Part shown: positions 23,351-37,290 of the stretch, one piece after another | Layout: each line of letters opens with the position of its first letter | Position numbering within the stretch: the first letter of the stretch is position 1 | Source of the DNA: Raillietiella orientalis | Lineage: Eukaryota | NCBI GenBank assembly: GCA_036172245.1 | Contig: JAYWIR010000007.1 | Span: forward strand, 4,836,001 to 4,900,000 | Reading direction: 5' to 3' | Length of the DNA: 64,000 nucleotides | Notes under the pieces: model-generated | Seen by the model: the letters and a program-made list of their open reading frames with translations, nothing else | The model's database searches: none | What the model was told of the DNA's origin: nothing | Position numbers and translations under genes: made by a program

Positions 23351-26300
23351 TCTTTTCTACTTTCATCCATACAGACATGCGCTAGTCAATGTCACTGCTT
23401 TTCACTCTTTTCCACTTTCGTGTTCGTCTTTTGGCATCCAGTCACCGAGTTTGTATGGGGGATTCACACACTTGACAACGCTCCCGAATCCTTCGCAGGA
23501 TGTAGGAAGCATGGAGAAGGCTTTCCGATGGCGCTGGTTAAGGACATTACCACCTGCACTTGTCCGCATCCAAAGTCGGATGCAGAGCACCCCTTCCGGC
23601 GATCTGTGATCCCTTCCATTCCCTCCTTTCCCGGTAAAACATTGCCTTCCCTTCGCATTCTTGTTTTTGTTTTTTTTTTGTATTCTTCCCCTCCCCCTTC
23701 GCCATTCCAGTTCTACCCGCGTCAGAGAGCCAGCTTCTGCACTCGAAGATACATTCAGACTCTTCACGCAAAGTGCTGGCGTGCTCAATCCTATTTCAGT
23801 CTGTGGTCATCGTATCGAAAAGGCATCGTCCCATCTGTAAGGGTGTTTCCCCTCTTTCGTTCGCTCCCCGTTTTCGTGACCTCCGAATTTCCATTGCCAC
23901 CCTTTCCACGCAGGAAACGTGTCCTTCGTTGCGATTGCGAATGTCAGCACTCAGAGTGACACCTCCAAACACAAATGTGAGACCATCCGAATGTCCGTTT
24001 GCACGCTTGGAGTCAGCAGTTTGGGAATAATTCAGATCATTCCCTGCTATCGTGTTGGCATAATTCGGACAAATTGGACTGTCTGGGTTTGCCTCCACAT
24101 TCTCGTTAGGAAACGATTCAGAGTACCTGAAATGAGAGTACCGTTGCGGTGCACTTTCACCTTCCAAGTAGGTGGTTCGATAGGTACGGAGCTCAATCGG
24201 CAATCATTCAGTAGAAAGGAAACAATCAGTTCGTGCACTCGTCTTCCAGGTGTGCACGGACACGTTGACCTGACAGCTTCAAGAACCAGTAAATAACCGC
24301 CTCTGCGGCGAAGGGAGCTGCTAACGCGTAGACCAACAGCGCCAGTTGCTCTGCCCATCGCCTGAGCCGTTCTTCCGGCGTTCTGGTGGTATCGCCCGCG
24401 GTTGGTCGCGTCACTCGTAGCACTCGTCATCTTTAACCACGTTCAAACTGCCTCCTACGCGTAGGTGTGCGTGGGGTGGTAGGAGATCTACTGGTGTTCT
24501 CTTGAGAGATTGGTTGTGCTTGCCGGAGAGGGAAGCCGCAGGCGGTTATGCTCCTCCGGCTGCGAGAAATCAGGGCTGATAGTCCTTGGCAGCAGTTGTA
24601 GCCGGGAGAGGAGACGTGCTGACGAACCAGGGGGTGGCCCAAAACTTGACTAGCAAGGCCAGGCTCTTTATATCGAGGTGAGGCTGCCTTCGCTCTTGCG
24701 TGAGGATACAAAGTCCTCCGTCTCGACGCGGAGAGCACACGCCTCAGTCTCACGCGGGACCTCCTTTCGCCCCAAAAACCTTTACCACTGGTGGCTTTTC
24801 ATGCTTTCTCCATCGCCTTTGGAGAGTGCGCAAACAAAAAGATGGGAACGAAGAATAAAAAGGGGGGTTCAGCAATAAGTAAAACTCTGGAGTGCTCCAC
24901 ATGTATACAAATGCCGCAGTGTGGTTCCTGAGCTCGCGATGCTGTTGCCAAGGAAACAGTCGCCAGCATAGACACTCAGTTGCTTCTCTGTCTCTCCAAA
25001 CGAGCCATCACGAGTGCCACATTCGGACTACTGTCCGCCTTCGCAAAATAACCTATAGCTGGTTAAATGGAGAGAAGGAGGACCTCTTTCGAGGAGACGC
25101 TGTCGAACCGGGTGCCCCATTAGAAGTGGGCGATGTGATGACTTTCTTAACTGGCAACGGAGATCGTTGCTTCAGTTCTCGATCATGAGGACACAACCAG
25201 CCATGAAGGCGCCGAGAAGCTATGGAGACCGAGGAGCCGCAAGTTCATCCAGGCTGCAGAAGAGTGCCATGCAGCAACGGAGTGGAAAGGACTGCTCTTC
25301 GATTCGTGCTCTTGTTCCCTGATTCGATTCAAAATGGAGAAAAAGATGCCGAGACTGATGGACAAAGATGGAAATTTCCTTCTCCTCCCTCTGTTCCAGA
25401 ACCTGGAAATGTCAGGCGTGCCAACGAAGATACAGCACTTGGGAAATATCTCGAAAAGCAGCCAGAAGGCGATCCACTAGGATACCGGGAAAACCGCTGC
25501 TTCGTCTCGGCAAGATTTCCTGGTTCGTTCATGGGTGGAGAAAAGAAAGCAAAAGAAAAAAAAAGAACCGATGTTGATTACCCTGGATCGCAGTGTTTGA
25601 AACACAACACGTTATAACAAACAAATGCGTGATTGAATATTTTACCAAGGCGATTGCAACAGACGACTGCCCTTGAGCAATTGTGATGCTTAACTTGAGA
25701 GTGAACTGGCTTCCTGAATCCGGAGCGAAGACCTCTCGAAGTGCCGAAGCCGCAAGGCATGAAACAGCAGACTCCACGCAATTTGCACAACTGATGACTT
25801 GTAATAACCGCAGTAGCGGTAATGATCACCGGTTCACTGTCCAAGCTGCCAAAAATGGTCGATGAAAATGTCTCATTGAGGAACAGAAGACGGACAATAT
25901 TGAAGAATACGAGTGGAAGGGTGTTTCCAAGTTAGCTTCGCAGCGGTAAGTTTAAAATTTCGACAGCCAATTACCCATTATAAATTACAAATTTAAGTGT
26001 CTTTGGAAAAATGAACGAATGGTCAGTGTCCACTGATGAAAATAAGAAGAGATGAAACTTTTAGGTGATTGAAAGTGCCTATAAAAGAATGATTGTCTTA
26101 AAAAACATTCGTAAAGGAACCGAAACTCTGATAACATTCTTAAAGGCTGCTCCTAAAAAAAATATTCCCAATAACTCGGACTGATTCCCAGTGGAATTGA
26201 ACCTGTAATTCACTTTTTATTATTTTGAAGTTTTTAGAGATCATGATTTCAATTTTCTTGATTGGGCCCGCTTGAATTCCCAAGTACTGCGTAAATATTG

Positions 26301-26439
26301 CTGGCAGTTTCGTTGAAAACCATTCTGTACATACATACGTCAGTGAATGGTTAGAGCGACGACATTTCTTTGCAATTACAGCTTTGTACCCATTTTCTGA
26401 TCTTGCTTTCTTTGGTCGATTCTGGAACATTTGATTAGT

Positions 26440-27260
26440 TTGCAGAAGAGATGGTCACTTTTGGATAATTTCGCAAAAGCCTTTCGCAGATCGTTTCCAA
26501 TCCAAAAATAGGTCCCTTATCGTTTTCTGAAGTACAAAAAGTGAAGTTTTCCGTACAAAGATTATCCGCTTTAGGCGTTCCATTAGCTTTGTGATGATGG
26601 TGTTCGCTGGTGGTCACATGCGAATACGAACAATGAGATACTGCGTTCTGGAGGTCAGTGATTCCTCAATATTCTTTTGAGCAGATTATTCCTCATTTTC
26701 TCATAGCGATTCCTAAAATTTCTGCCATCTGAATGTTTCGTTTGAGGACGCTGAAGCAATGCGAAATACTTCGTACTTACTTTTCCCATAATATCTTCTC
26801 AGTCCCATAAAAAACGCAACGAAAACTGCTATCCTCAATACTAACGCTATGAAATAAATTACGGAAATCGCGATGGCTTCTTGATTCCATTCTGTAAAAA
26901 GGAGAAAAATCACACATCTCGAATTCAGGTGTTGAGCACTCTTTTAAAAATCGAGAGCAGCATAAGAATATTTGCAAAGGCTTCCTTCGAATATTAATTT
27001 GGAATCGAGTACCTGCTTGATATTTTACGTTGAGAATTCTCCCATGTGTCACTGGTCCACTGGTCCTTGCAGACAACGTATCAAAATCCGGAACGATCTT
27101 GTGCACAACACCCTCAGTCCCAGATCGTGACGAAGATGCTAAAGATGCTGAGGACGCGCGCGCTCACGTGGGATAAATGCAGTATATCTGCCACTGCTGC
27201 ACATTCCGCATTCACATATTACACGCGAGCTGGGAAGCTGAGTATCCATTTGGCTCCTTG
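26440..27260 (-). pseudogene. Decayed EGF, transmembrane and cytoplasmic tail, probably the 3' part of the Fat-like locus
   Basis: VICECGMCSSG...FEGSLCK, then EWNQEAIAISVIYFIALVLRIAVFVAFFMGLRRYYGK (TM helix with basic stop-transfer residues) flanked by ttttacag and gtaagt splice sites. In-frame stops present. Confidence 0.5.
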
Positions 27261-29247
27261 AAAGTTTTCTTCAATCAAACTTGCTGTAACACACACCAAC
27301 CGCTGAGAACCGAGCTACACGTCTTGACCCTTTCTTCCTCCTTTTTGCATTCAGGTGGATGTGAAATTGTGTCGATGGGAAATCTCCCAGTGCCTCAAAC
27401 GTGCATGAAATAATAATAAAAATCAAAGAGTTTCCCAATTATTCTCAAGTATTTCCGTAGAGGCGCCAACGTATCACGCTACATCATATCATGACAGACC
27501 TCTGTCTATCACCATCGGAAGGCTACATGGTCATTCTCAACCTGGTCCATGTATTGGAGCTTCTTTGTTATGTGTACAGATGGTCGCCACCACGGACAAG
27601 AACGTGAGTTACTTATCTCGTTGGTTTTCCCAAGTGCGGAAGAAGCTGCAACCGGGCATTCGGAATATGCTCGAGTTCTCAGGCCAAGCACTACTTGCGG
27701 TGCTTCTTTTGTTTCGGAGGAGATTCAAAAAACATTTTGTGAGAGAATGCAGGCAAAGGATTCAAGCAGCGCCTCCTTTTAGCCTCATCATATCGTGGAC
27801 CACAACATAAAGTGACGAGGAAGCACTTTGAACTCGAAAACTTCTTATGGCATCTTCCCAACATACTTTACGGCAGCCTCTTGGAGGTAGACTAACACGC
27901 ACCGCAAGTCCGGGTGCTCTTTCAGAAAGCACAGCAGAGTCTACAAAAGTCGTTGGGAGCACGCACTCAATGATGGGGGGTAGAGCAAGAAGCAACTGGT
28001 ATGCAGTGTCACGACGGACTAGAGGGAATGTCGAAAACATTCTGAAAACAGTTCACCGGAAATGCAAACTTAACCAACTTCACATTCCTCATATTCTTCA
28101 ATGCAATCTTCTCTTGCTGCTCCTGTTTTCCATAGATGTTATTGCATTCGAAGATCAGCTTTTCTAACACGCACTTATTGCTCCAAGCTAAGACCTTGCC
28201 TCTTCATCGAGACTTTAACAGCTCTTCATCCTTTGGTCATCATCATTTTTTACACTTCCAAATAAGTGTTTGGTTGAGAAGCTGCTCGTTCGTGCTTCAA
28301 GTTTACGATCGAAGGATGTAATTTCAGTTGAACAGTCACGCATTGCTTTCGTTTGCATCCTTTTTTAGTACCTGTTATTTGCCTTTGTCAAATGACTATA
28401 ATGACGATGAAACTTAAAACAGGCTCCAACGTTGACATTCCATTTCATTTGGCACCTGAATTAGACTGTAGGCAGCTTTCAAATATCCCAAACGGTGATC
28501 ATGATCTCATAAAATGTAGTTGCATCTTCTCTATAATGCAGTGAATTATGATGCAGTGCATGATAGGATGAATGATAGTTAGAATTATTTCATCAGAAGT
28601 GCTTCCCATGGTCAGTCTCCATACTTCGAAAGCTCTGTGTGAAGTTCATATATATTTCATTCGTTTACGATTTACCCAGAAATCTCTCAACATATATTTT
28701 TGTGCACACTCAATCCACTCAGGACTGAGTGATGGAAAAAGTCAAATATGAATAAATGTAAATGATTTTAAGAACGGAATTTTACCCAAATAAGGAAAAC
28801 AGGGGTGCCTTCAGTTCACAGATGGAAAAAATCTTGTTGAATTGACTTTTGTTTCAAGGTCCAAAGACATGACAAAAGAAAATAAAGATGCATGACAACG
28901 AGTGGCTCGGCTATTCGGAATACAAAGGTCCGTACAGAAAAGTAATAGAAAGAAAACAACAGCAGCAGCAGCAGCAATATTCTCCTTAGGTGGTATTCTA
29001 GACTTTTACACTTCTTCCTTGGGTGGAGAAAGCAATTGATTCGAACATCCCATCCCATTATTCTTTCAAAGAATAACGATTTCCAAGACTCATTGAGATG
29101 CAGAATCTCAAGGAACTGTGAAGAACGAACCATTCAGTGGTAAGCAGTCTTTCAAGTCTTACAGTTCACATTTCAAGAAAGCTTAGTTCGGAAGTTGAAT
29201 TCTAAACAGCACGTCAAAAAGAGATCCCCGAATTCGTTGTTCTAAAC

Positions 29248-29270
29248 CAGTGCTTCCCAAAGTGGGCGAC
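29248..29270 (+). mobile_element. hAT-Charlie-like terminal sequence (one end only)
   Basis: CAGTGCTTCCCAAAGTGGG immediately preceded by TTCTAAAC, which fits the NTCTARAN target pattern. No clean matching right TIR. Confidence 0.45.
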
Positions 29271-29699
29271 ACCGCCGCCCCTTGGTGGGCGCTGGAACGA
29301 TTCAGGAGGGCGATAGTAGCCTCAAGCGCAACTGGGGCGGAACGTTAAATAAAAAAAATGAGGGAGTGGGGGGCGGTGAAAGAATGAAGAAAGAGGAGAA
29401 GATAAGATTTTTTTTAAAAAAAAAAAAAACCGTTCGTACAGGTTTCATCTGTTGTGTACCATGGGAAGCCGTAGCTAGGTTAGGTACTTTGCTTCCCAAA
29501 CACAAAAATGCAAGTTGGGATCGGTCGGTGGTCAAGTCAGCAAAGGGGTCTTCTCATCGAGCAGGTGCTGAAGACGAGCGTCTCGCGCACGAATCCAGCA
29601 TCCATCTGCAGCAATGCGTGCGTGCCATTCCCTGATTAAAGTACGATACGATCAATAGGCGAAATTATGAAATCAAATTTAGAGTGTTCCTGAACTGTG

Positions 29700-31710
29700 G
29701 GAGACGGAAGCAGTTCGAAATAGTGCAAGGGTGCATTCCTTTTTGAATAATTTAAGCTTCAACATGTTCCATTTGCAACAGCATCTTTTCTTACTATGTT
29801 GCAGGATGTAGACAGAAATACAGATACATCACACATTGCATCTTTCTGTTTGTTCACTTAAGAAAGGTAAGTCTTCAAGGGTGGGCGCTGCGTAGCCCTT
29901 TATCTGAAAAAGGGGCTGTGGGCCACATAAGTTTGGGGACCTATGTTCTATACGATCCCATGCAAACACGAAGAGGGCTGCGGGAGCGCTGGCAAAGTGC
30001 GGAAGGGCTCTCGGAAATCTTCTAGAATTCGCAAGCATAGTCATTCCATTGTGGATGCAAGTTGTGTCTCTTTCTAAATGGTTCTCCTTCCAGAAACTTG
30101 GGATTGGCAGACCAGCCTTCGATGTGGCTGTAGACGAGAGTTTGTCTTCCAGTGCAGCGCTTATCATCGGCATCATGATTTTCACATCGCGGTGAGGAAC
30201 ACGTCACAGAACGTCACGTTTCAACGTAAATAAGGACCGACAGCCTGTGCATACCACTTAAAAAGTAAATGCATCATTACGGGACGAATGAACAACGGTA
30301 CGCCTTTCTTTCGATGCAGCTTGACGAAAATGCATTTGATTTGAGGCAAACATTCGGAAACCGATGCTTTCGTGTGCACGTGATCTTGAAAAGAAAAAAA
30401 CGCGCGGCCCCACTCTTGGCCATGCTTTTTGCTCGCTGAGATTGTGCTGAGAGCTGGGCATACTCACCGGAAAACAGATTGAAAATGTGGCATCTTCCCC
30501 AAATGAAACTCTCTCTGCAAATGCAGCGGCTCTTTTGGGTTTCATAATTGAAGGAACAGTATTCTCCTTCCCTGCAACCGCAATCCATGGTGCAAAAATA
30601 GTCGCCCCCCATGGCGTTGCATGTGCACGTTTCCCTGAAACCAAAACACTCCGTGTGTTCACATGGATTCTCAGAGCACGGGCCGCTGTCCACTTGGCAA
30701 AAATCTCCGGAGTACCGGGATGGACACGAACAAGAGACTTCGCTTGGAGCGGAAGTCACGCAGCTTCCGCTGTTCAGACACATCTTTTTCCATTGCTTGC
30801 AGAGGTTCGAAATGGAGCAGAGGTCGCCTGCATACTGTTCCGAGCACAGGCACATGCTTTGGTTTTTGGCAGGGTCCACGAGGACGACGCACTGACCACC
30901 GTGTTGGCACGCATGCGCGTCACAGAAGGATTTCGTTTCGCAGTTTGAGGACAGAGAGGCAGAGCTGTCGGCGCACAAGCACTGTTTCTCTGAGGGATAA
31001 CTTGAAATGCAAATAAATTTATCCGATGCACACGGGTGGGATGTACAAGGATTAGGATCGAGGGCACAAGTAGGACCGGAAAACCCAGGAGCGCATCCGC
31101 ACGAAATCTGGATCGAGGTCTTGGAATTGTAATAGCTGTATTTGCACAGTTTTTCAGCACAGTTTTTGGTGCATTTCATATCCTGGAAAGATGTATCATA
31201 AACTGGTACTTGGACTGTCAGGAACGTGAGATCCTGAAGTATCGATTTCGGAAGAGGGGAAATTAGAGGAAGGAGAAATGTTTTCTTTATTCTTCCTGTT
31301 ATTTCCAGGTAGATGCTCTCTGCAGTTATGTATCCATCGAGTGTCACAGGAGAATCCTTTTGGTAGAAAGAAAACTTTTTCAGTAGATCCGTTTCAATTA
31401 CATCTGACTTGGTAAGGAAATCAACTCCTTTAAATTCATTATTCAGGATCGTGAATCGAAGTATAGACTGATACGAAGAACCCATCCTTCCGAACTCGAA
31501 CATGACGTTATTGAGACGCTCTTCGTCCATAATGAAGGAAAAATGGAACTGAACACGTTGGATTTGTGTGTCATTCTTCTTCGTCAACGGAGTTCGATAG
31601 GGATGGTGAACAGCTTGCTCCTGAAGTCTCACTCCACAAGCTGAAAAATTCCGTGAATGCAGCCATCCCACAATATTTTCCTGCAACGTCTCCCAGGAAG
31701 CCACAACCAT
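29700..31710 (-). pseudogene. Membrane-proximal region of a Fat-like/atypical cadherin: tandem EGF repeats followed by a decayed laminin-G domain
   Basis: 477-aa ORF 30277-31710 with about 5 EGF units (CGCAPGFSGPTC, CQHGGQC...CSEQYAGDLC, CLNSGSC...CPSRYSGDFC). Frameshifted LamG-like PNLCGPQPLFQIKG downstream. No intact cadherin repeats recognised upstream. Confidence 0.6.
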
Positions 31711-33115
31711 CGCGATGTTGCCGCATTCCTGGTAAACTCATCGCGATACGACCCAGTGAAGCTCTTCAAGAACAAAAACGTGGCTGCGGTTTTAGTGAAC
31801 TGAGGCTACACGAACAAAATGGAGTGTGTGTCTATGGCTATGTGTCTCGCCGTTCTCTCTTTATTCCGAAAATTCGACATTCTTATAGCTTGAAAACAGC
31901 AAGAAGTAGAAGGACGAATGCGTCTTCTTTTGCCCATCATCTTTGCATTCACCCTGTTCTTGGAGAGTTGAGGCTGCGGAGACTCCCAACTTTTCATTTG
32001 TCCATGTTCTTATGCCATGTCTTCGGGTGATCTGCAGTGAACGCTGCTTTGAGATCCCTCAAGTGTGATCTTACGTAATAAATGGAAAAATCGAGTCCAT
32101 CCGGCAGGAGTTTAGAGATGATAAAAGTAACACTTTCACAACCCCATCAACATGGAGTTATTAAAACTTTTTCCAGACGGTTATCTCACCAATTTCATTA
32201 ACGGAAAGTGTGGAATTTCTTTTTATATTAATTGTCCTCGATCGCATCTCAGAACAAAAATGATGTTGTTGTTTCCATATGATTTCTTTATATACGAAAA
32301 TCTATGCGAAACTCTTTTTTTTTTTTTTTTTTACATTTTTTAAACAGCTATCTATGGATTCGCGCGCTGAAGTTAAAACTCACGCACATCTTTTACACAA
32401 AAATCCATACTCGTGTTTCTGTTTTCTCGGCTTTATAGCACTTTAATTCGGAAGAACCTCCTTTTCTTGTCCATTTTTTCCCTTTCGTGTTTTCTTCCAA
32501 TAATTTCTTTTCATTTGCTAATTCACAGCTCTAATTCATCGGAGCTTCCATTAGAGACAGAGACTACGACGACCACGCTTTTGGAAGTCACTCCACGGTT
32601 TCTGATCACTTTCCATGTAACAGCTTGCGTTGAATTATGAATCGCTGCTCCTCAATTCGATCCCCAATTTCTTAACACGATTATCCTTTATTCCGACATT
32701 TGAATTTCTTTTCCTCTTTTTCGATGTTTCTGTACAATGCATGGAATGAAAGCGAAAGGTCCATTACCCTTTTTATTATTCCGTGCAAGGATTCCAGGAA
32801 CGTTTATGAACTGCAAAAGTTTATCACGATCGGGCATTTAAAGAGTTGAACAGCTTCCTATTCATCTTCGGCTTCGAATACTTCTGCATAAACTCAAATT
32901 CTGTTGTATACAATCTAAAGCGGATTTTTTGTACCAACGGGTGTTAGAATTTGGTATTAGAACGTGGTTTGGTGATTCCCTTATCCGTGGTTCATAGCAA
33001 ACAACTGAGAGTGCGAAAATAACGCACTCTCAGTCAAGAAATGCACACCTAATTAGAAGATATCGTAATCCGCGACCCCAACTTCAGACTCGAATTTCAC
33101 ATTACTGTAGCAATA

Positions 33116-36100
33116 TCAATAAATAGAAAGTGACTCATCGGTTACTGGAAGACATACCCAGATAGCAAAAACAAAATGTACATCATCTTTTCCTCTAACT
33201 GTACATACTTGCAGACAACTCACAGACGCCATGAAACGAAGAGTTGCAATCGACAAGTCTCCATTCACTGAGGATGCTTTCTCCTACGACTTTAACTATG
33301 CATTTTTTTCCCGGTTGCGATTTTGCTGGTAGAGGATTCCAATTTTTTGTGAATTCCATCGCTCTCTGATTCAACCAAAGGTACTTGTCATCGTTGTACC
33401 CTCCAAGCCAGATAATATGCACTGGAAAAACAGCAGCAACACTTTGCAGTTTGCTGAAGATACCTGGGAATACGCATTGTGTTTACTTACGTTTATGCTT
33501 CAACATAAATTCAGTCAATATTTCATCCTCGTGCTGATTCCAAGGCATAACTGGTAGCCCGTCATAGCTTACGCATGTTCCAAAACAATCTAGCATCCTC
33601 ATTTTTCTTTGAATGATTCCCAAGCATCCAAACAAATACTCTGATGACCAACGAATCGCGCTGTTGTCACTCAGTGTGCAGTTGGAACGTTCTGCAAAGT
33701 TACAGTTCACATTAAAAGTAAACAGAATATCCATTACAATATGCTAATGGTAATCTGCACGATTAAATCATCAATACTAAGTTAACATGCATCGAGTACT
33801 AGGAAGAACTTCTGTTAGTGCACTACACAGCATTTCTTGTATGCTGTGAAAGTTTTTCATACCAAACGTACATACAAGTATTGATAGTACTCATTCAGTT
33901 ATAATGTAACGTCAAGAAGATACCAAGTAAGCAGCTCCAAGCACTTTCTAAAGATCAGTAAAGCAGTTGTTTGGTTCTGTGTTGGACACATGAAACAGAT
34001 CGGCAGTGAGCATTCTTATACCAGGCTTAAAGACATCTGCTGAGAACCAACAAGTACCTGGCTGCACTTCGCACAAAGGCAGCAAAGTGGCATCGCATCT
34101 TTGGTCCAGCCACTCTATAGAGGAGTGCTGCTTTCGCAGAGATAAGCAGTGGAATCCATAGCGGATGCGCTTGTCTCCGGAGACCGGAAGTTTTCCGTGC
34201 ATCCTGTGGATCTGAGAGTTTTCCTGCCAAATCCATGTTCCAGGAGTGTCCTTGTCACTGGCCCCCACCCAATGCAGGTCTGGAACAAAGGGAATCGTAC
34301 CGTCTTTCTCGGGAGCTCCTTATGCACCCTGATCATTTATAAGATTCTGGATGGCTTTTTCGTATGCAACGGAAGTGACTTCTGCAAGTCTGCCATTTGA
34401 AAACATCTCGGAACACACTTTTTGGGCTTCCCTCCATGCCTTCTTCTTTAACAAACTGGTTTTCGTCGCTATGCAGACGTGATCATTAAATAAGTATAAA
34501 GTGTTTTTCGGACATGGGTCATCTGGATTTCGATGGAAGAGAAATAAAATTTCTCATCTGCAATCAGGTATAAAGGGGGAAAAAAAAAAACATGCAAGCA
34601 TGCAGAAGCATCGGAGGAATATAAGAATCTGCGGATACTGTTTCCACATTTCGGAGAAAGTTGACGTCTCTCTCTCTATATATATATTTTTTGAATTACT
34701 ATTAAGAAACGCCGAGAAAAAAAAAGACAGGAAAAAAAAAAAAGATCTGATTTCATCGGGAAAGAACGCAACGAATGGAACAAAAAAAAGATACAAGATG
34801 GACTGCGATTTGAGCATGGCGGCGTTTTAGTGTGTTTATTTTCGCCGAGTTTAAAGTTCTCAATTTACAGAAACCGATGTGTTCTTCTTCTAGCTCTGAT
34901 TGAAATCATCAAACACACATTTGGCGTCTCCTTGGTGCTGGAGCTGATGCTTTTTCGTTTAAATGAGCAAGCGACAGTCGTTTGGTTTCCCTCTATCTTC
35001 AAATGTAATCTTCCCTTCTGATCAAAAATTAAAGAAAAAGTCATTTGTTTCGTTCATTACTGACAGTTCCTATATCTTTCACAAGTAACACGGATCCTCG
35101 AATGATACTGATTCAAATGATCTTCATCTCGGCATGCAAGTGTAAGTCTTTTGTTTGCTTGTTTCGAAATCCCTTGTTTCCCTTCAGCTCTTTTCTGATT
35201 TTCCCTTGTCCTCAGACCTTGCAGTCTTCATAAATTTGCTTTTCATAAATTAGAGTATTCTAATTGGCGGCCTATCAGTGAGTTTTATTTTCAATCCTAT
35301 TAGGTCCCAGAGATATTTCAAGACTCGAGGATCATCCTATCCCGCCGAGAATCGAGGACAGGAAGACGGTGCCCATTAAAAAGTAGCTACAAAACTTTTC
35401 CTTCACACAATTAGTTTCCTGTTTTTGTAGAGGTTCGCCACATTTGTTTTCAAGAAACGTAGACGGGATTGTTACATTCGTTCCTACTACATCGAATTGG
35501 GTTTAGGTTTTAGATGTAATTTAATTGGTTGATCCCTAGACGATGTCAAGTTAAACGTGAAAGTCTCCATCATTTTAGAGGCAATCTTGAGCATTCAGAG
35601 GATTTTTTTTTTTTTTTTTCCGACAATTTTGCAGTTATTGTATCCATCACAGAGACAAAAGCGAAAGCGTCCTCTGCTACTTGCAGATGCGCGAGAAGCT
35701 TAAAGATTTTGTCTTTTTTTTTGTCCGTGGAGTCTCTTTTGGAAGTGCCCGTAACAGAAGAGTGCTCTTTCAAAAAGTGGTGCCAAATGTCCTCCGGGGA
35801 TTTCCTGATTTTGATTTAAGAAAAAGGCCGCTTCTCCATGATGCTTCGTTCGTGATTTCCAAGCGCTTATTTAGATGGTTCCTGCTTTTATGCAATGGTT
35901 TCCCTTCTTTTTATCTCCATGTACCCACACTTGTCTTGTTTGTAAGCATCTGTTTGATTGTGTCAAAATCAATGCAATCATTACCGATTCGGCAGTACTT
36001 GGGTGTCAACTCTTATATTACTGGCATTCATGCCCAATGTGTAGACTCTTACTCACACATCATGCAGTTGGTGTACCAGGTAACTGACGCTTCTAATTGG

Positions 36101-37290
36101 AAGTCATAAAGTATCATTCTTTTTTTTAAAATGCACTGCTTCCGGATGTCACCTAATTCGATAACTAAGTCATAGTCTTGCTGCTCGATATTGAATTTCA
36201 TGAACTTCACCACAGTTAGCTCGTCGGTTTCATTTTTTGAAAAGCCATAAGGATTTCTATGCTGGACAGAAAACTGCAAGAACTGAATGACCACTTTGAA
36301 GTGCATACGGTTGTCGCTGAACATTTCCGAGGTACATCGAATTCCTCCCACACTTTTCCAAAATCAACTGTGAAATCCTTTTTTATGATGATCGGATAAG
36401 GGACCTCTCGGTTATCCACGTGGTACACGTTGATCTTAGCTTTGTCCGAAAACTGTGCTTCTATTGTTCCTTGGATTTGAAATTTCGACGACTGATACGT
36501 GTAGAAGTGAACGGGAGGAACTTTGCTCAGGTTGAACGGGTAATTTACCCAAAATCCGTGGGCTGAAAGGTATTGGTGTTAGAGTACTGCATAAAGCATT
36601 CATCTCTGAACATAAGGCAGCATTTACTAAATTACGACTTTCGTGAGTTTATTAGGGCTCCCCATCCTCCTCCCTCCAAATGCATTATTTAATGAACAAC
36701 CGGCAACTCGTAATGAAAGCGGCAGAAATATACATTTCGATTTAAAAAAGAAAAAAAAAATGGGAATGTAAAAAAACACAAGCGATTTCATCCAAGAATT
36801 CAGTACTTTCAATACAGATAACGAAAAAGACAAAGATAACTAGCCTTACTTCGATAAGCGTACACAGTGACAAGTTTCGCATCTGTAAAGTCGAGGACGT
36901 TGGTATATCGGGATGGAAACGATCCATATACATAAGAATATCCAGCAAACAGGCAAGGTTGGCACGAGTTCCGGTGCAAGGAAGTGAACCTATTTTGCAA
37001 GCAATGCGGCCAGATGCAAAACTGTCTCTTAGGGGGTTTCTTGTAGAGTGAACTTCATGAACCTCAAAGCGTCAGATGCATCTATATCTTGCAAAGCATT
37101 TGTCATCATAAACGCACAGTCCCTCTTGCCAAAGCGGAAGTTACGTTTCCTCTTGTGGTTGTCTAAGTAACCACGCGATGAAGTCGCAGTGGTGCCAGAG
37201 TTTTGTCGATTTGATTGGTTCCTGATGCCTCGCTTTCCACACGATTGCTCCCGTAACCCACATGCATTCCAGAGGGATCTTCACAAACTA
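33116..37290 (-). CDS. Multi-exon C-type lectin domain gene segment (at least 2 clear CTLDs; upstream exons less certain)
   Basis: CTLD1: KKAWREAQKVC...LAEV...|DLHWVGASDKDTPGTWIW...CLSL...WLDQRCDATLLPLCE (48-nt intron). CTLD2: ...IWLGG...FTKNW...CIVK...WRLVDCNSSFHGVCE. Putative last exon ITDESLSIY* ends at 33116. Exons at 35.6-37.3 kb are partly frameshifted. Confidence 0.75.

Noticed and set aside
23006..23959. 317-aa plus-strand ORF
   Set aside because: Composition is not protein-like; it crosses the decayed gag tail and a pyrimidine tract. Probably a chance frame.
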